Shown piece by piece: positions 1 to 10,118 of a DNA stretch of 64,000 nucleotides (position 1 is the first letter of the stretch; every line of letters starts with the position of its first letter). The position numbers and the translations under genes are program-made. The notes beneath the pieces are model-generated. The model saw nothing but the letters and a program-made list of their open reading frames with translations, did no database searches and was not told where the DNA came from. Source of the DNA: Eubacteriales bacterium (GTDB lineage: Bacteria > Bacillota > Clostridia > Oscillospirales > CAG-272); the NCBI GenBank assembly GCA_045543615.1, contig JAZPXL010000020.1, positions 14,107 through 78,106 of the forward strand, written 5' to 3'.

Positions 1-1596
1 GATTGGACAATGGAAGACGTACTCTACACAGTAGACGACGAGCTCGTTTACGTGTTCACCTATAACACCGCTCTCGCAGCGAAGACAGTTTCTGCTCCTC
101 TCTTCGACAGCGTTGTTATCCCCACAGGTCTTACCAAGGAGCAGGCTGCTGATCTCGATATGTTCAGCGTATCTGTTTACGGTCAGGCTATCCAGTCCGA
201 GCACATCCTCTGCAACAACGCAGTTGATGCATTTGCTGAGTACTGGGATGCTGATAGCACTCTCTTCGGTTACGAGAAGGGTGCAGATGCAATCGCTCTC
301 GTTCTTGATGGCGAAACCGTTTATGTAAGCGATCTCGCAGGCATTCAGGCAGCAAGAGCAGCTGGCGAAAAAGATATCTACGCTTTCAGAGCTGATATCA
401 ATATTAAGTCAGAGAACAATATGAGTGGAGCTGACCTCTATGTATTTGATAGTGTTGTTAACACAACAAGTGGTAACTACATCGGTCTTGCTCATTCTCA
501 GAATATTACATATCACGATGTAGTATTCAACGGTGGAATGTTCCTCTACGGAGTTGACACATTCACAGAGTGCACATTCAACCTTACAAGCAACTATATG
601 TGGACATACGGCGCAACCGAGGCTTCCTTTATCAACTGTGTATTCAACACAGACGGTAAGGCTATCCTTGTTTACACCGAAGGTTCAGATGTAGATCATG
701 TTGTAAATGTTGAGGATTGCACATTCAACGCAACAAAGACTGCAAAGACTGCGACCGGCATCGAGGTTGCAGCAGTTTCCATCGACGGATCTCTTCCTAA
801 CGGTGGCACAGGCACATTCACTGTTAACTTTGCCGGCACAAATGCAGTAGACGGCAACTTCAATGGCCTCTACCAGCTCAAGTGCAACAACGTTAAGAAC
901 AATGTAACTGTTAACAACAACGGTACTGTTTCTTACATCGCTAACGGTCAGGATGATCTTGACGCAGCTATCGCAGCAGCAGCTGAAGGCGAAGTAATCG
1001 CTCTCGATGCAGGTACTTACACAGTTTCCGGCGACAACAAGGTTGTTATCGTTGGTAGTGGTGCTGACACCGTTATCAACATTAATGGCAACATTCAGAA
1101 CGCTGACATCTCCAATGCTACAATTACAGGTGGCGACTCTCTCAATGTTAAGGCTAACGGCGTTACATTCACAAACGTTATTTTCGACGGTAATGTTGGT
1201 AATGTAAGTCAGGGCGTTGTAAAGGGCGATATGACCTTTACAGACTGCACCTTCAACGCAGGCTTCCACATTGACAGCTCTATTGCAGGCGTAAATGTTG
1301 CATTTGTTGGTTGTACATTTGACGAGTACGCATACATCAAGCTCGGCGGTAGCGCAAACTACTCTATGACTGATTGCGTAATCGAGACACTTGCATCCGA
1401 TGCAACAGGTCCTTGGGGCAGACAGTGGGTTATCTCTTACAGCGACATTACATTCACTAATTGCGAAATTGGTCGTGTAATTCGTGCAGGCGGTGCTATC
1501 ACTATCACACTCGACGGTTGTGTTGATGAGAACAATGTAGCAGTAACTGATGCTATCGTTCACACATACAACGCTCCCACAGTTGTTATCAAGTAA
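1..1596 (+). CDS. 5'-truncated surface protein: probable TasA-like domain end plus beta-helix (pectin-lyase-like) passenger
   Basis: Frame open from base 1; LFDSVVIP...YGQAIQ segment, then repeated FxxCTF beta-helix motifs like those in the next two genes. Confidence 0.7.
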   Translation, partial: DWTMEDVLYTVDDELVYVFTYNTALAAKTVSAPLFDSVVIPTGLTKEQAADLDMFSVSVYGQAIQSEHILCNNAVDAFAEYWDADSTLFGYEKGADAIALVLDGETVYVSDLAGIQAARAAGEKDIYAFRADINIKSENNMSGADLYVFDSVVNTTSGNYIGLAHSQNITYHDVVFNGGMFLYGVDTFTECTFNLTSNYMWTYGATEASFINCVFNTDGKAILVYTEGSDVDHVVNVEDCTFNATKTAKTATGIEVAAVSIDGSLPNGGTGTFTVNFAGTNAVDGNFNGLYQLKCNNVKNNVTVNNNGTVSYIANGQDDLDAAIAAAAEGEVIALDAGTYTVSGDNKVVIVGSGADTVININGNIQNADISNATITGGDSLNVKANGVTFTNVIFDGNVGNVSQGVVKGDMTFTDCTFNAGFHIDSSIAGVNVAFVGCTFDEYAYIKLGGSANYSMTDCVIETLASDATGPWGRQWVISYSDITFTNCEIGRVIRAGGAITITLDGCVDENNVAVTDAIVHTYNAPTVVIK

Positions 1597-1626
1597 GATA
1601 AGCGAATACGTTTTCTTACAAACAAA

Positions 1627-1731
1627 ACCCGATGCGCCCGCACAGCGTTGAGGGTAAAAACAAAATCAAACAAATTTCGGCATAGCCCGAAAAAAATAAA
1701 GATCCTGCACGCACAGCTTTAAGTAGGATCT
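1627..1731 (+). promoter_or_regulatory. Three tandem hairpins, each carrying GCA(C/T)AGC in or next to the loop
   Basis: accc..gcacagc..gggt; tttcgg-catagc-ccgaaa; agatcctgc..gcacagc..gtaggatct. Confidence 0.45.
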
Positions 1732-1771
1732 GAAAAACCAAGTTTTATCTTTAGGAAAGGAGGAAACCTTT

Positions 1772-1879
1772 ATGAAAATTGAACAAATGACAATTTGCAC
1801 AACGGGGGGGGGTATTACCTCTCAGCCTTTGGATATATTGCACAAAGCCGATCGAATGGAGGTTACCTCCACAGCCTAA
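1772..1879 (+). CDS. Putative 35-aa small ORF containing a G9 tract
   Basis: Strong RBS AGGAAAGGAGG; MKIEQMTICTTGGGITSQPLDILHKADRMEVTSTA*; G9 at 1804-1812. Confidence 0.4.
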   Translation: MKIEQMTICTTGGGITSQPLDILHKADRMEVTSTA

Positions 1880-1960
1880 AGGACTGCCTCCGTTTGTCGG
1901 CGTTGACGGAGTGTAGTATGCACTTACGCCGGCAAATATAAAAAGGAGGTCATAGGTAAT

Positions 1961-4150
1961 ATGACAAACGCAAAACTCACTAAGAGAGCATTGCTTTCAA
2001 GTGCAGTAGCACTGATTCTTTGCTTCTCAATGCTCCTCGGTACAACCTACGCTTGGTTTACCGATAGCGTTGTTTCTAACAACAATATTATCAAGTCCGG
2101 TAATCTTGATGTTGCAATGTCTTGGAAAGAAGCTACTGCAACAGGCACTTACAAAGACGCTTCCGCAGGTCCCATCTTCAACAACGACAAGTGGGAGCCC
2201 GGCTATGTAGAGGCTAAGAACCTCAAAATCGAAAATAAGGGCACACTTGCTCTTAAGTATCAGCTCATCCTTGCAGCTAATGGCGTAGTTTCCGAACTCG
2301 CTGACGTTATCGATGTTTACTATGCAGAGGGCGAACTCGTACTTGCAAACAGAGATTTGACAAACCTTACATACCTTGGTAATCTCACTTCTGTTCTTGT
2401 TAATGCAAGCGCAACCACAACAGGTACACTTGACGAGGGTGAATCTACAACAATTACTATTGCTCTCAAGATGCAGGAAACTGCAGGCAACGAGTATCAG
2501 AACCTTGGAATCGGCTCCAGCTTCGCAGTAAAGCTCCTTGCTACACAGCTCACAGCTGAGAATGACAGCTTTGGTAGTGATTATGATGCAAACGCTCCTT
2601 ACTCCGTATGGAACGGCGTTGTTCCCACCGAGATGCCCGAAACTCTCGTAGTTGACGGTACAAATCAGGTTGTACACGTTAAGGACGCTGCCGCATTTGC
2701 TTATCTGAGCACTCTCTCTGATAAGTGGGTTGAGTTCTACACAGATGGTAATGGCACAACCTATACCAACTACGCTAACGGCGCAGGCGCAAACTACTAT
2801 TACAGTGGAGCTTGGACAGTTAGCCTTGAGGCTGACATCGACCTTGCCAACCATCCGATCGATCCTGTTGTTATTGTTTTCGGTCAGAGCACAGGCGCAA
2901 CCGCATTCAATGGTAACTATCACACAATCCGCAACATCAAGACTACAACAGGTCTGTTTGCAGATGAAGCTCGTGCTTCTTTCTCCAACCTCACTTTGCT
3001 CAATGTAAAGGCTACAAGGGGTGCGCTTATCGGTTTTGGTAGCCACAGCATTACTAATGTTACTGTTAAGAACGCAACTATTTCCGGTACAGATTATGTC
3101 GGTGGCTTGGTTGGTAGCGCATATAGCAGCATTCAGGGTTGTAAGGTTATTGATAGCTCCGTTGTTGCAACCGGTAAGGAAGCAGGCGGTCTCCTTGGTT
3201 ATGCAGAAGCTAATTCTAATGGTAGCACAATTGCTAACAACGCAGTTAACAATGTAACAGTATATGCAGGCAACCGTGCAGCAGGTCTTATTGCTCAGGT
3301 TAACGTAAATGTTAAGGTTTGCAATAACACAGTTGATACCGTAACAGTTGGTGCTGCTGATACAAGCAAATATCAGCCCGGTGCTATTGTTTCCAACGCA
3401 CTTGCTCCTGCTAATATTTACGATAACACCGTAAAGAATGCTACTGTTGCTACAAAGGCAGCACTTGGAAATGATCAGTCAAATCTCAATTCCGCAGTTG
3501 CAGGCGATGCAGATATCGTTTTTGTTGATTCCGGCAACTACACATTCCCCTCTTCTGCTATAAAGGAAGACACCACTATTATTTGTACTCCCGGTACAGT
3601 ATTCGATGGCAATTCTAAGCTTAACATAAAGGGCGCAACTGTTGTTGGTGCAACATTCTCTAATCCAACCGGTACTGCTGTAGATCAGACAATTAACGGC
3701 GTATTCAAGGATTGCGTATTTGATGGTAGCAACGGTCTTCGTTGGTGTTATGCAGGCGAAAACGTAGTATTTGAAAACTGCGTATTCTCCGGTGATGTAT
3801 ACGGCGTACACTTCGATGGCGGCGCAAATGAAGTACTCTTCAAGGATTGCACATTTAGTGGCTTCAATGCTCTTGGTGGCGCAATTACAAAGGCTACTCT
3901 GGACGGTTGTACATTTGTTTCCAACGGTAGAAGTGGTTATAACGGCATCAACCTTTGGGGCAGCACAGAAATGAAGAACTGCACATTTGTTTTTGATGGC
4001 TCTGTAAGCTATGAATGGGTTGACGCTGTTGGCAGCAACAAGACCTATTCTTTCACAAACTGTGTTGTAACTGATGGCACAACTGAAAGAGCTTTGGCCG
4101 CTTCGGATGTTGGCGACTACGGTACAGGCAATACCATTACACTCAACTGA
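1961..4150 (+). CDS. SipW-dependent-type signal peptide protein (TasA/camelysin-like N-domain plus beta-helix passenger)
   Basis: Signal ending GTTYA-WFTD...SGNLDV, WEPG motif, GLUG-like VGGLVG repeats, FxxCxF repeats; RBS AAGGAGG. Confidence 0.85.
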   Translation: MTNAKLTKRALLSSAVALILCFSMLLGTTYAWFTDSVVSNNNIIKSGNLDVAMSWKEATATGTYKDASAGPIFNNDKWEPGYVEAKNLKIENKGTLALKYQLILAANGVVSELADVIDVYYAEGELVLANRDLTNLTYLGNLTSVLVNASATTTGTLDEGESTTITIALKMQETAGNEYQNLGIGSSFAVKLLATQLTAENDSFGSDYDANAPYSVWNGVVPTEMPETLVVDGTNQVVHVKDAAAFAYLSTLSDKWVEFYTDGNGTTYTNYANGAGANYYYSGAWTVSLEADIDLANHPIDPVVIVFGQSTGATAFNGNYHTIRNIKTTTGLFADEARASFSNLTLLNVKATRGALIGFGSHSITNVTVKNATISGTDYVGGLVGSAYSSIQGCKVIDSSVVATGKEAGGLLGYAEANSNGSTIANNAVNNVTVYAGNRAAGLIAQVNVNVKVCNNTVDTVTVGAADTSKYQPGAIVSNALAPANIYDNTVKNATVATKAALGNDQSNLNSAVAGDADIVFVDSGNYTFPSSAIKEDTTIICTPGTVFDGNSKLNIKGATVVGATFSNPTGTAVDQTINGVFKDCVFDGSNGLRWCYAGENVVFENCVFSGDVYGVHFDGGANEVLFKDCTFSGFNALGGAITKATLDGCTFVSNGRSGYNGINLWGSTEMKNCTFVFDGSVSYEWVDAVGSNKTYSFTNCVVTDGTTERALAASDVGDYGTGNTITLN

Positions 4151-4263
4151 GATTATCTCTGTTTGAAGAATAAAAAACTAATTTAGATAATATTTCGTTT
4201 TTACAGTCTTTGGCTTGTAGAGCAATTTTATAATCTACAAATCAAATCTGCAAATGCGATTTT

Positions 4264-4345
4264 AAGCCCAACCCAAGCCCTTTGGGGCTTGGGCGGCAAG
4301 CAGAGGGTATAAACTCTGCGGTATACCTTCTGCTTGCCGAGGGCT
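4264..4345 (+). repeat. Conserved structured intergenic element, copy 1
   Basis: cccaagccc-tttg-gggcttggg followed by stem cggcaagcagagggtat...ataccttctgcttgccg. Confidence 0.7.
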
Positions 4346-4478
4346 GTCTCGGCTAAGCTTCTTCGATCCCGTCAATCGAAAAAGCTTAATTGTCATATTA
4401 CCTATGGAATTTAATTTATTATGATTTTATGTATGTGCATAAAATAAATTTTTTCAAATTTTATAGGAGGTCATCGAA

Positions 4479-6704
4479 ATGACAAACGCAAAACTCACAA
4501 AGAGAGCATTGCTTTCAAGTGCCGTTGCACTTATCCTTTGCTTCTCAATGCTCCTCGGTACAACCTACGCTTGGTTTACCGATAGTGTTACAAGCGCAAA
4601 CAATGTCATCAAGTCCGGTAATCTTGACATTGATGTTGAGTACACGCTTGACGGCGAAAACTGGAAAGATCTCAACGGCGCAGAGGATCTTTTCCAGAAG
4701 GGTCTTTGGGAGCCCGGCCACACAGAGGTTGTTGCTCTCAGAATCACCAACAAGGGTTCATTGGCTCTGAATTATGCTGTAAATATGAACCTTGTCAATG
4801 AGGTCGTTGGTAAGACCAAGGACGGAGCTGATATCGTTCTTTCCAACATTCTTACCGTAAGCACTCTCACTATTGAAGATGCAGGCGTTGATCCCGTTTT
4901 AGGAATGAACATTGCTGCAATGACTCTTGAAAAGGCTTTCGAGAGTGAAGATGCGATTGCTTGGAACGCTCCCAGTAGTTTCAAGGATGCTAATGCTCTT
5001 GAAGCAGGCAGCAATCTCTATGTTGGTAGCACTCAGTATGTTTTTGTCAAGGTTGATATGGACAAAGACGTTGGCAACGAGGCTAACCACGATGGCGAAA
5101 ACGTTCCCTCCATCGAGTTCGGTATCAATGTACTTGCTACTCAGTTTACTTATGAGAACGACAGCTTCGGCAATCAGTATGACAAGAACGCTTGGACAGA
5201 AGTTGCAGAAGTTCCCACTCCAGATGCAAACGGTGTTGTTGACGTATACAGCGCACAGCAGCTCGCAGGTGTAATGAAGAACTTCACCGATGTTAAGGTT
5301 ATTAACATCAAGGAAGACATCGATCTGAACGGCCGCTATTGGGTTCCCTCATTTGTTACTGCCCCCGGTCTCGTGATCAACGGTAACGGTCATACCATTT
5401 CTAATATGACCACAAGTGGTGCAAGCAACGTCGGCTTTATCGGTGCTGCTTATCAGGACATTACCATTAAGGATCTGACATTTAAGAACGCTACCGTTGA
5501 AGCTACCGGAAGCTTTGTTGGTATTGTAATTGGTAATGGTTGGGGTGGCAATGCCATCACTCTCGACAATGTAGACGTTATCGATTCTGAGGCTTCTACC
5601 TCGGTTCCCACCAAGGCAATTCGTATCGGTGCTTTGATCGGCTACTCTCCTTATACTCGTGGCGACCTGACCATAAAGAACTGTGATGTTACCGGTTCTA
5701 CTATCACAGGTTACCACAATGTTGGTGCTATGGTTGGTACTATGATGTTCTACGGTCCGGAACAGGGTACTATCACCATCGAAAACAGCACTGCAAAGAA
5801 CAACACTCTGAGATATGGTAGCCCCAATGTTGGTGCTTTCGCATTTGGCGCTTCTACCAGTGGCTATACCGAATACGTTCCTGCATCCGGATTTACCGCT
5901 GAGAACAATAAGCTGGTTGCCATTGCAACTGATGCAAACACACTCAAATCCGCTTTGATCGCTAATGAGAAAAACATCAATATCACCCTTGGTGCTGACG
6001 TAGAACTTCCCATAAGTTCTCTCGGCTCTATCACCGGCGGTAGCGGCGAGTATAAGCTTGGCGGCGCAGACACCGAGACCATTATCATTGATCTGAACGG
6101 CCACAAGCTGGACATCGCTACTACTTACTGGTCTGCTCTCGGCGCAGTAAATGCTGATGCTACTATCACCATCAAGAATGGTTCTATGACCAGCACCGGC
6201 AACAGCGCAGGTACTTGGAATGCATGGGATCTGAGATTCAGCAATTGTAACTGGAACTTCGAGAATGTTAACTTCGGCAAGGCTGTTGCTCTGGATAATG
6301 CAGGCAAGGTCACCAATATGACGACTGTAACAATTACTGATTCTCATAATACTGACACCTACGCTTTGTGGATCACCGCTGAAGGACAGGAAGTTAATAT
6401 TGATGGTTTGACCATTGATATGCTGGATGCTACCGACGGTCGTGGTATCAAGATTGACAACCAGTATGTAGCCGCTGCTGATGAGGCAGTTGTTACACTT
6501 AACATCAAGAACGCTACCTTCAAGACAGAAGAGAAGAGCGCAATTCTTGTTAAGTCTACTGCAGGTGCAGATATCACCCTTGAGAACGTAAATATCTCAG
6601 GCGTCGAGGCAGACACCACCAATGCTGTTTGGAATGACTCTGCTACTGCTGCATACTTTGATAATGTAACTGTTACCGGTGGCACAATAAAGCAGGAGCA
6701 GTAA
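4479..6704 (+). CDS. SipW-dependent-type signal peptide protein (TasA-like N-domain plus beta-helix passenger), paralog
   Basis: First 37 aa identical to the 1961 gene; WEPG, LATQ..ENDSFG motifs; C-terminal part diverged. Confidence 0.85.
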   Translation: MTNAKLTKRALLSSAVALILCFSMLLGTTYAWFTDSVTSANNVIKSGNLDIDVEYTLDGENWKDLNGAEDLFQKGLWEPGHTEVVALRITNKGSLALNYAVNMNLVNEVVGKTKDGADIVLSNILTVSTLTIEDAGVDPVLGMNIAAMTLEKAFESEDAIAWNAPSSFKDANALEAGSNLYVGSTQYVFVKVDMDKDVGNEANHDGENVPSIEFGINVLATQFTYENDSFGNQYDKNAWTEVAEVPTPDANGVVDVYSAQQLAGVMKNFTDVKVINIKEDIDLNGRYWVPSFVTAPGLVINGNGHTISNMTTSGASNVGFIGAAYQDITIKDLTFKNATVEATGSFVGIVIGNGWGGNAITLDNVDVIDSEASTSVPTKAIRIGALIGYSPYTRGDLTIKNCDVTGSTITGYHNVGAMVGTMMFYGPEQGTITIENSTAKNNTLRYGSPNVGAFAFGASTSGYTEYVPASGFTAENNKLVAIATDANTLKSALIANEKNINITLGADVELPISSLGSITGGSGEYKLGGADTETIIIDLNGHKLDIATTYWSALGAVNADATITIKNGSMTSTGNSAGTWNAWDLRFSNCNWNFENVNFGKAVALDNAGKVTNMTTVTITDSHNTDTYALWITAEGQEVNIDGLTIDMLDATDGRGIKIDNQYVAAADEAVVTLNIKNATFKTEEKSAILVKSTAGADITLENVNISGVEADTTNAVWNDSATAAYFDNVTVTGGTIKQEQ

Positions 6705-6733
6705 TCATAAATCCGTTTTCTTTTGAAAACAAA

Positions 6734-6839
6734 AAGCCCAACCCAACCCCTTCGGGGGTTGGGCGGCAAGCAAAGGGTATGATGGTTATTTTATAATCAT
6801 AATTCTCATAATTCAACTTTCATATTTTTTGCTTGCTGA
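6734..6839 (+). repeat. Conserved structured intergenic element, copy 2
   Basis: cccaacccc-ttcg-ggggttggg then cggcaagcaaagggtatga...tcatattttttgcttgctg; compensatory changes relative to copy 1. Confidence 0.7.
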
Positions 6840-7008
6840 TATTTCTTTTTCAATTACACACAATCGTTCTATTAAAATTTTTATCAGCATTTCTGCTTTT
6901 TTCGCTGATTATTTGCTTATTTGGATATATGCCTTTTTTGAGGCTTTCCTCAGCTTCGTTCAGCTTTTCACATTTTGCTTTATTCTCTCTGAAAGGAGTG
7001 CTTTCTAA

Positions 7009-8172
7009 TTGAAGATTTCTGTTAAGCGTTTTTTAAACGATATGTTTGAAATCCCCAAAGAGGGTAAGATCAAAGATAAAAACTTTATGGCTTATATTGG
7101 CTTGTCCGTTGCCATTATTGTTTTGTGTCTCTCTGTTATGGGGGCTACATCTTACGCTTTCTTTACAGCTCAGATCAGGTCTGACAGTAATTCTATTGTT
7201 AGTGCTAACTATGATTTGATATATACTGTTGACGGTATTAAGAATGACGATGGCTCATTTACTGCTGTTAAAGATACAGAGTACAGCATAAAAATCGAGC
7301 TTGATCAAAATTCTAAGGCTTCAACAGGCTTCTGCATACTTGAGGTTGATTTCGGATCGGGCAAGAAGGTTTCATATCACACCGTTCAGCTTGGTGCTGA
7401 TGTCAAGGCTGCCGGTGAACATAGGGATAGCATAACCTTTACAATCGAGCTTGCAGAGCCGGGAACTGTCACTCTCAAGGCTTGTTGGGGCACATCTTCA
7501 CTCTATAACGATTATTCGAGTAATCCTTCTGCTGTTCCTGAGAGATATATTATTGAAGGGGCAGAGATATCTGTTGATGTTCCACTGTCTACCAATAATA
7601 TTATGATGTCACCTCCTCCCAGTGTTGATGACAACACAAGCGCAAATGAGGAGACAACCGTCTCTCCCGACGATATTGTCACCGAGGAGACAACGACATC
7701 TCCCGAAGACGACATCACCACGGGCGATAACACAGAGCCTGATGACACAACCACCGTACCCGAGGTAACCACAGGACGTTATCAGCCTGACGAGAACGGC
7801 ATATATATTGCCAAGGCAGGCGACACGTTTGCCGACATAGCCAACGCCAACGGCGTAAGCGTTTATGCTCTTCTTGCATACAATGGTATGAGTATTGACG
7901 ACTATCAACTCTTTGTTGGTGACATAATTCTCATTCCTCCTGTTGATTGGGAAATTCCTGTAAGTGAGCCTGAGAGCGAGATAACCACAGCACCCGAAGA
8001 CACAACAGTCGAGCCCGAGGACAGCACAGTTGAACCTGAGGACAGCTCGGATGAGCCCGAGGACAGCACAGTTGAACCTGAGGACATCACAGTTGAACCC
8101 GAAGACACAACAGTCGAGCCTGAGGACAGTGGTGAAGCTGTTGAGGACAGCGGCGAGGTTGACGCAGAGTAA
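7009..8172 (+). CDS. SipW-class signal peptide protein with LysM domain and acidic repeats
   Basis: TTG start after GAAAGGAG; GATSYA-FFT cleavage motif; LysM-like YIAKAGDTFADIA...LFVGDIILIP; EPEDSTV repeats. Confidence 0.8.
   Translation: MKISVKRFLNDMFEIPKEGKIKDKNFMAYIGLSVAIIVLCLSVMGATSYAFFTAQIRSDSNSIVSANYDLIYTVDGIKNDDGSFTAVKDTEYSIKIELDQNSKASTGFCILEVDFGSGKKVSYHTVQLGADVKAAGEHRDSITFTIELAEPGTVTLKACWGTSSLYNDYSSNPSAVPERYIIEGAEISVDVPLSTNNIMMSPPPSVDDNTSANEETTVSPDDIVTEETTTSPEDDITTGDNTEPDDTTTVPEVTTGRYQPDENGIYIAKAGDTFADIANANGVSVYALLAYNGMSIDDYQLFVGDIILIPPVDWEIPVSEPESEITTAPEDTTVEPEDSTVEPEDSSDEPEDSTVEPEDITVEPEDTTVEPEDSGEAVEDSGEVDAE
7990..8150 (+). repeat. 21-bp coding tandem repeat (EPED[ST]TV)
   Basis: Recurrent gagcccgaggacagcacagtt-like units. 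Confidence 0.8.
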
Positions 8173-8185
8173 TAACTAACTAAAA

Positions 8186-8223
8186 AAAGACGGCAGAGCG
8201 TGTCTGCCGTCTTTGTTTTTTTT
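8186..8223 (+). terminator. Intrinsic terminator
   Basis: aaagacggcaga-gcgtg-tctgccgtcttt followed by a T-run. Confidence 0.8.
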
Positions 8224-8330
8224 GGTTTACCATATAATATAAATGTAGACAAACTGAAAAGGGTATGATATAATATAAAAGAAAAAAGATTTGAGAGCTT
8301 GTTTAAAACAAAACAGGAGGGAGTTTTATT

Positions 8331-9365
8331 ATGAAGAACAATAAGAAAAACGGCAAGAAAAAATTTTTGGGGCTCAAGATCACAGGGGCTGTAATTGCCT
8401 TTATTGTGCTTTTCTTTGTAGTTATCAATGTTATACCACCTGCAAAGAATATTGATAGCAATCCGTTTATAGTTGAGGATGGTTCACTTCCTTTGGTTGC
8501 AGCGCACAGAGGTGGTGGTGTTGCCAATCCCGAGAACACTATGCTTGCGTTCAGAGAAGCTGTAAAAACATTTGGAGTTGACATTCTTGAGAGTGATCTG
8601 TATTTGACGGCTGACGGATATCTTGTTTACAATCACGATTCATACATTGACGAGACTTGTAATGTTAACGGCGACATCCCCTTTGACGAGGTCAAGGAGC
8701 TTATCAAGAACAAAGAAAACAGGCATTATATTCGTGATATGACGCTTGCAGAGCTTGAGACTTACAATTTTGGCTACTACTTCGAGAACAAGGAAGGCGA
8801 GCGCATTTACAAGGACTCCACCAATCTTGGAGAGCTTGGTCTTCAGATTGCGACGGCTGACAAGCTTTTTGAAGAATTTTATGCTGAATATCCGGAGCTT
8901 CTTTTCATTGTTGAGATCAAGGACGGTGGAGAGAGGGGAGTTGAGGCTTGCCGTATTCTTGCGCAAACGCTTGAAAAGTATCCCGAATATACTGACAATA
9001 TTGTAATTGGAACGTTCAATGAGGAGATAGAGCTTGAGCTTAAGACAAATTATCCTCAGTTTATGAGAGGTGCATCGGTTGGATCTGCTGCGAAATTTGT
9101 TCTGACTGAGATGGTTGGAGTCAATCTTTTTGACAACAGCGATTTTGTTTGCTTGCAGATTCCTATGTCTTACGATATTTCGGGAATTGAGATCACGCTT
9201 GACAGGCAGAATATTATCAATCGAGCGCACAGGCGCAATATTGCTGTGCAGTATTGGACCATCAACGATGCTGACGAGATGCGCACCTTGATCTCTCTTG
9301 GTTGTGATTGCATTATGACTGATGATCCTGAGCTTCTAATCGAGGTACTTGAAGAATACAAATAA
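8331..9365 (+). CDS. Glycerophosphodiester phosphodiesterase, membrane-anchored
   Basis: AAHRGG...PENTMLAF, ESD, EIK, WTIND, IMTD motifs; N-terminal TM segment. Confidence 0.9.
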   Translation: MKNNKKNGKKKFLGLKITGAVIAFIVLFFVVINVIPPAKNIDSNPFIVEDGSLPLVAAHRGGGVANPENTMLAFREAVKTFGVDILESDLYLTADGYLVYNHDSYIDETCNVNGDIPFDEVKELIKNKENRHYIRDMTLAELETYNFGYYFENKEGERIYKDSTNLGELGLQIATADKLFEEFYAEYPELLFIVEIKDGGERGVEACRILAQTLEKYPEYTDNIVIGTFNEEIELELKTNYPQFMRGASVGSAAKFVLTEMVGVNLFDNSDFVCLQIPMSYDISGIEITLDRQNIINRAHRRNIAVQYWTINDADEMRTLISLGCDCIMTDDPELLIEVLEEYK

Positions 9366-9453
9366 CACGTTTTTTGCTATCCCTGTATAATTTCCGTGCA
9401 AAATCAGCAAAATTATTTTGCGCACAAAGGAGAGTTGGGGGAGTTTATGAAGA

Positions 9454-10062
9454 ATGATAAACAGGCTTAAAACCGACAGGGAGCTTCGCTCACGGCTGAT
9501 AACGCTCGGTGCACTTATTATCAACTGCGTGTATGCAACGTCGAACATAGCTCTTGGTCTGACGGCTGACTCTGTGTGGTTTGTCACTCTTGGTGCGTAT
9601 TATTTAGTGCTCAGCATTATGAGGGCTGTTTGTATTCGCAGGCTTTCGTCGCCCATTGGAACGAGGGGCACGCTTGGATTTGTTGGTGTTATGTTGACAA
9701 TTCTTTGTGCAACGCTTATGGGGTCTGTTATTTTGAGCTTTGAGCACGATAAGAGGGGAGTTGCGAGCTTATTTGTGCTCGTCTGTTCGGTTATTTACAC
9801 ATTTTTCAAGCTTGTTTTAGCTGTAAGGAATGCTTGGCGTGCGCACAAACGTGGCAGAGTTGTGTGGGTTGCGCTCCGAAACATCAGCTGTGCTGATGCT
9901 GCTGCGAGTGTACTTTCGGTCGAAAGGCTTACTATTCTCACCCTATTTGATATGGAGGGTGGAAAGGTAGCGTTTGTTCATATTGCAACTGCAGTTTTGT
10001 GTTGTTCGCTTGTGTTATTTCTTGGTGTTTCGTCCATTATGCTGTCATTTCTCAGACGGTGA
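9454..10062 (+). CDS. Multi-pass membrane protein of unknown function
   Basis: About six hydrophobic segments. Confidence 0.7.
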   Translation: MINRLKTDRELRSRLITLGALIINCVYATSNIALGLTADSVWFVTLGAYYLVLSIMRAVCIRRLSSPIGTRGTLGFVGVMLTILCATLMGSVILSFEHDKRGVASLFVLVCSVIYTFFKLVLAVRNAWRAHKRGRVVWVALRNISCADAAASVLSVERLTILTLFDMEGGKVAFVHIATAVLCCSLVLFLGVSSIMLSFLRR

Positions 10063-10074
10063 GTGGACACAAAC

Positions 10075-10110
10075 AAAAATCCCGTGGATAATTCCACGGG
10101 ATTTTTTGTT
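10075..10110. terminator. Bidirectional terminator
   Basis: aaaaatcccgtgga-taat-tccacgggattttt between convergent genes. Confidence 0.8.
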
Positions 10111-10118
10111 TTATAGGC

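Noticed and set aside
1961-6704. Diversity-generating retroelement or shufflon among the paralogs
   Set aside because: No reverse transcriptase or invertase; the shared region is N-terminal and its differences are synonymous, not adenine-specific
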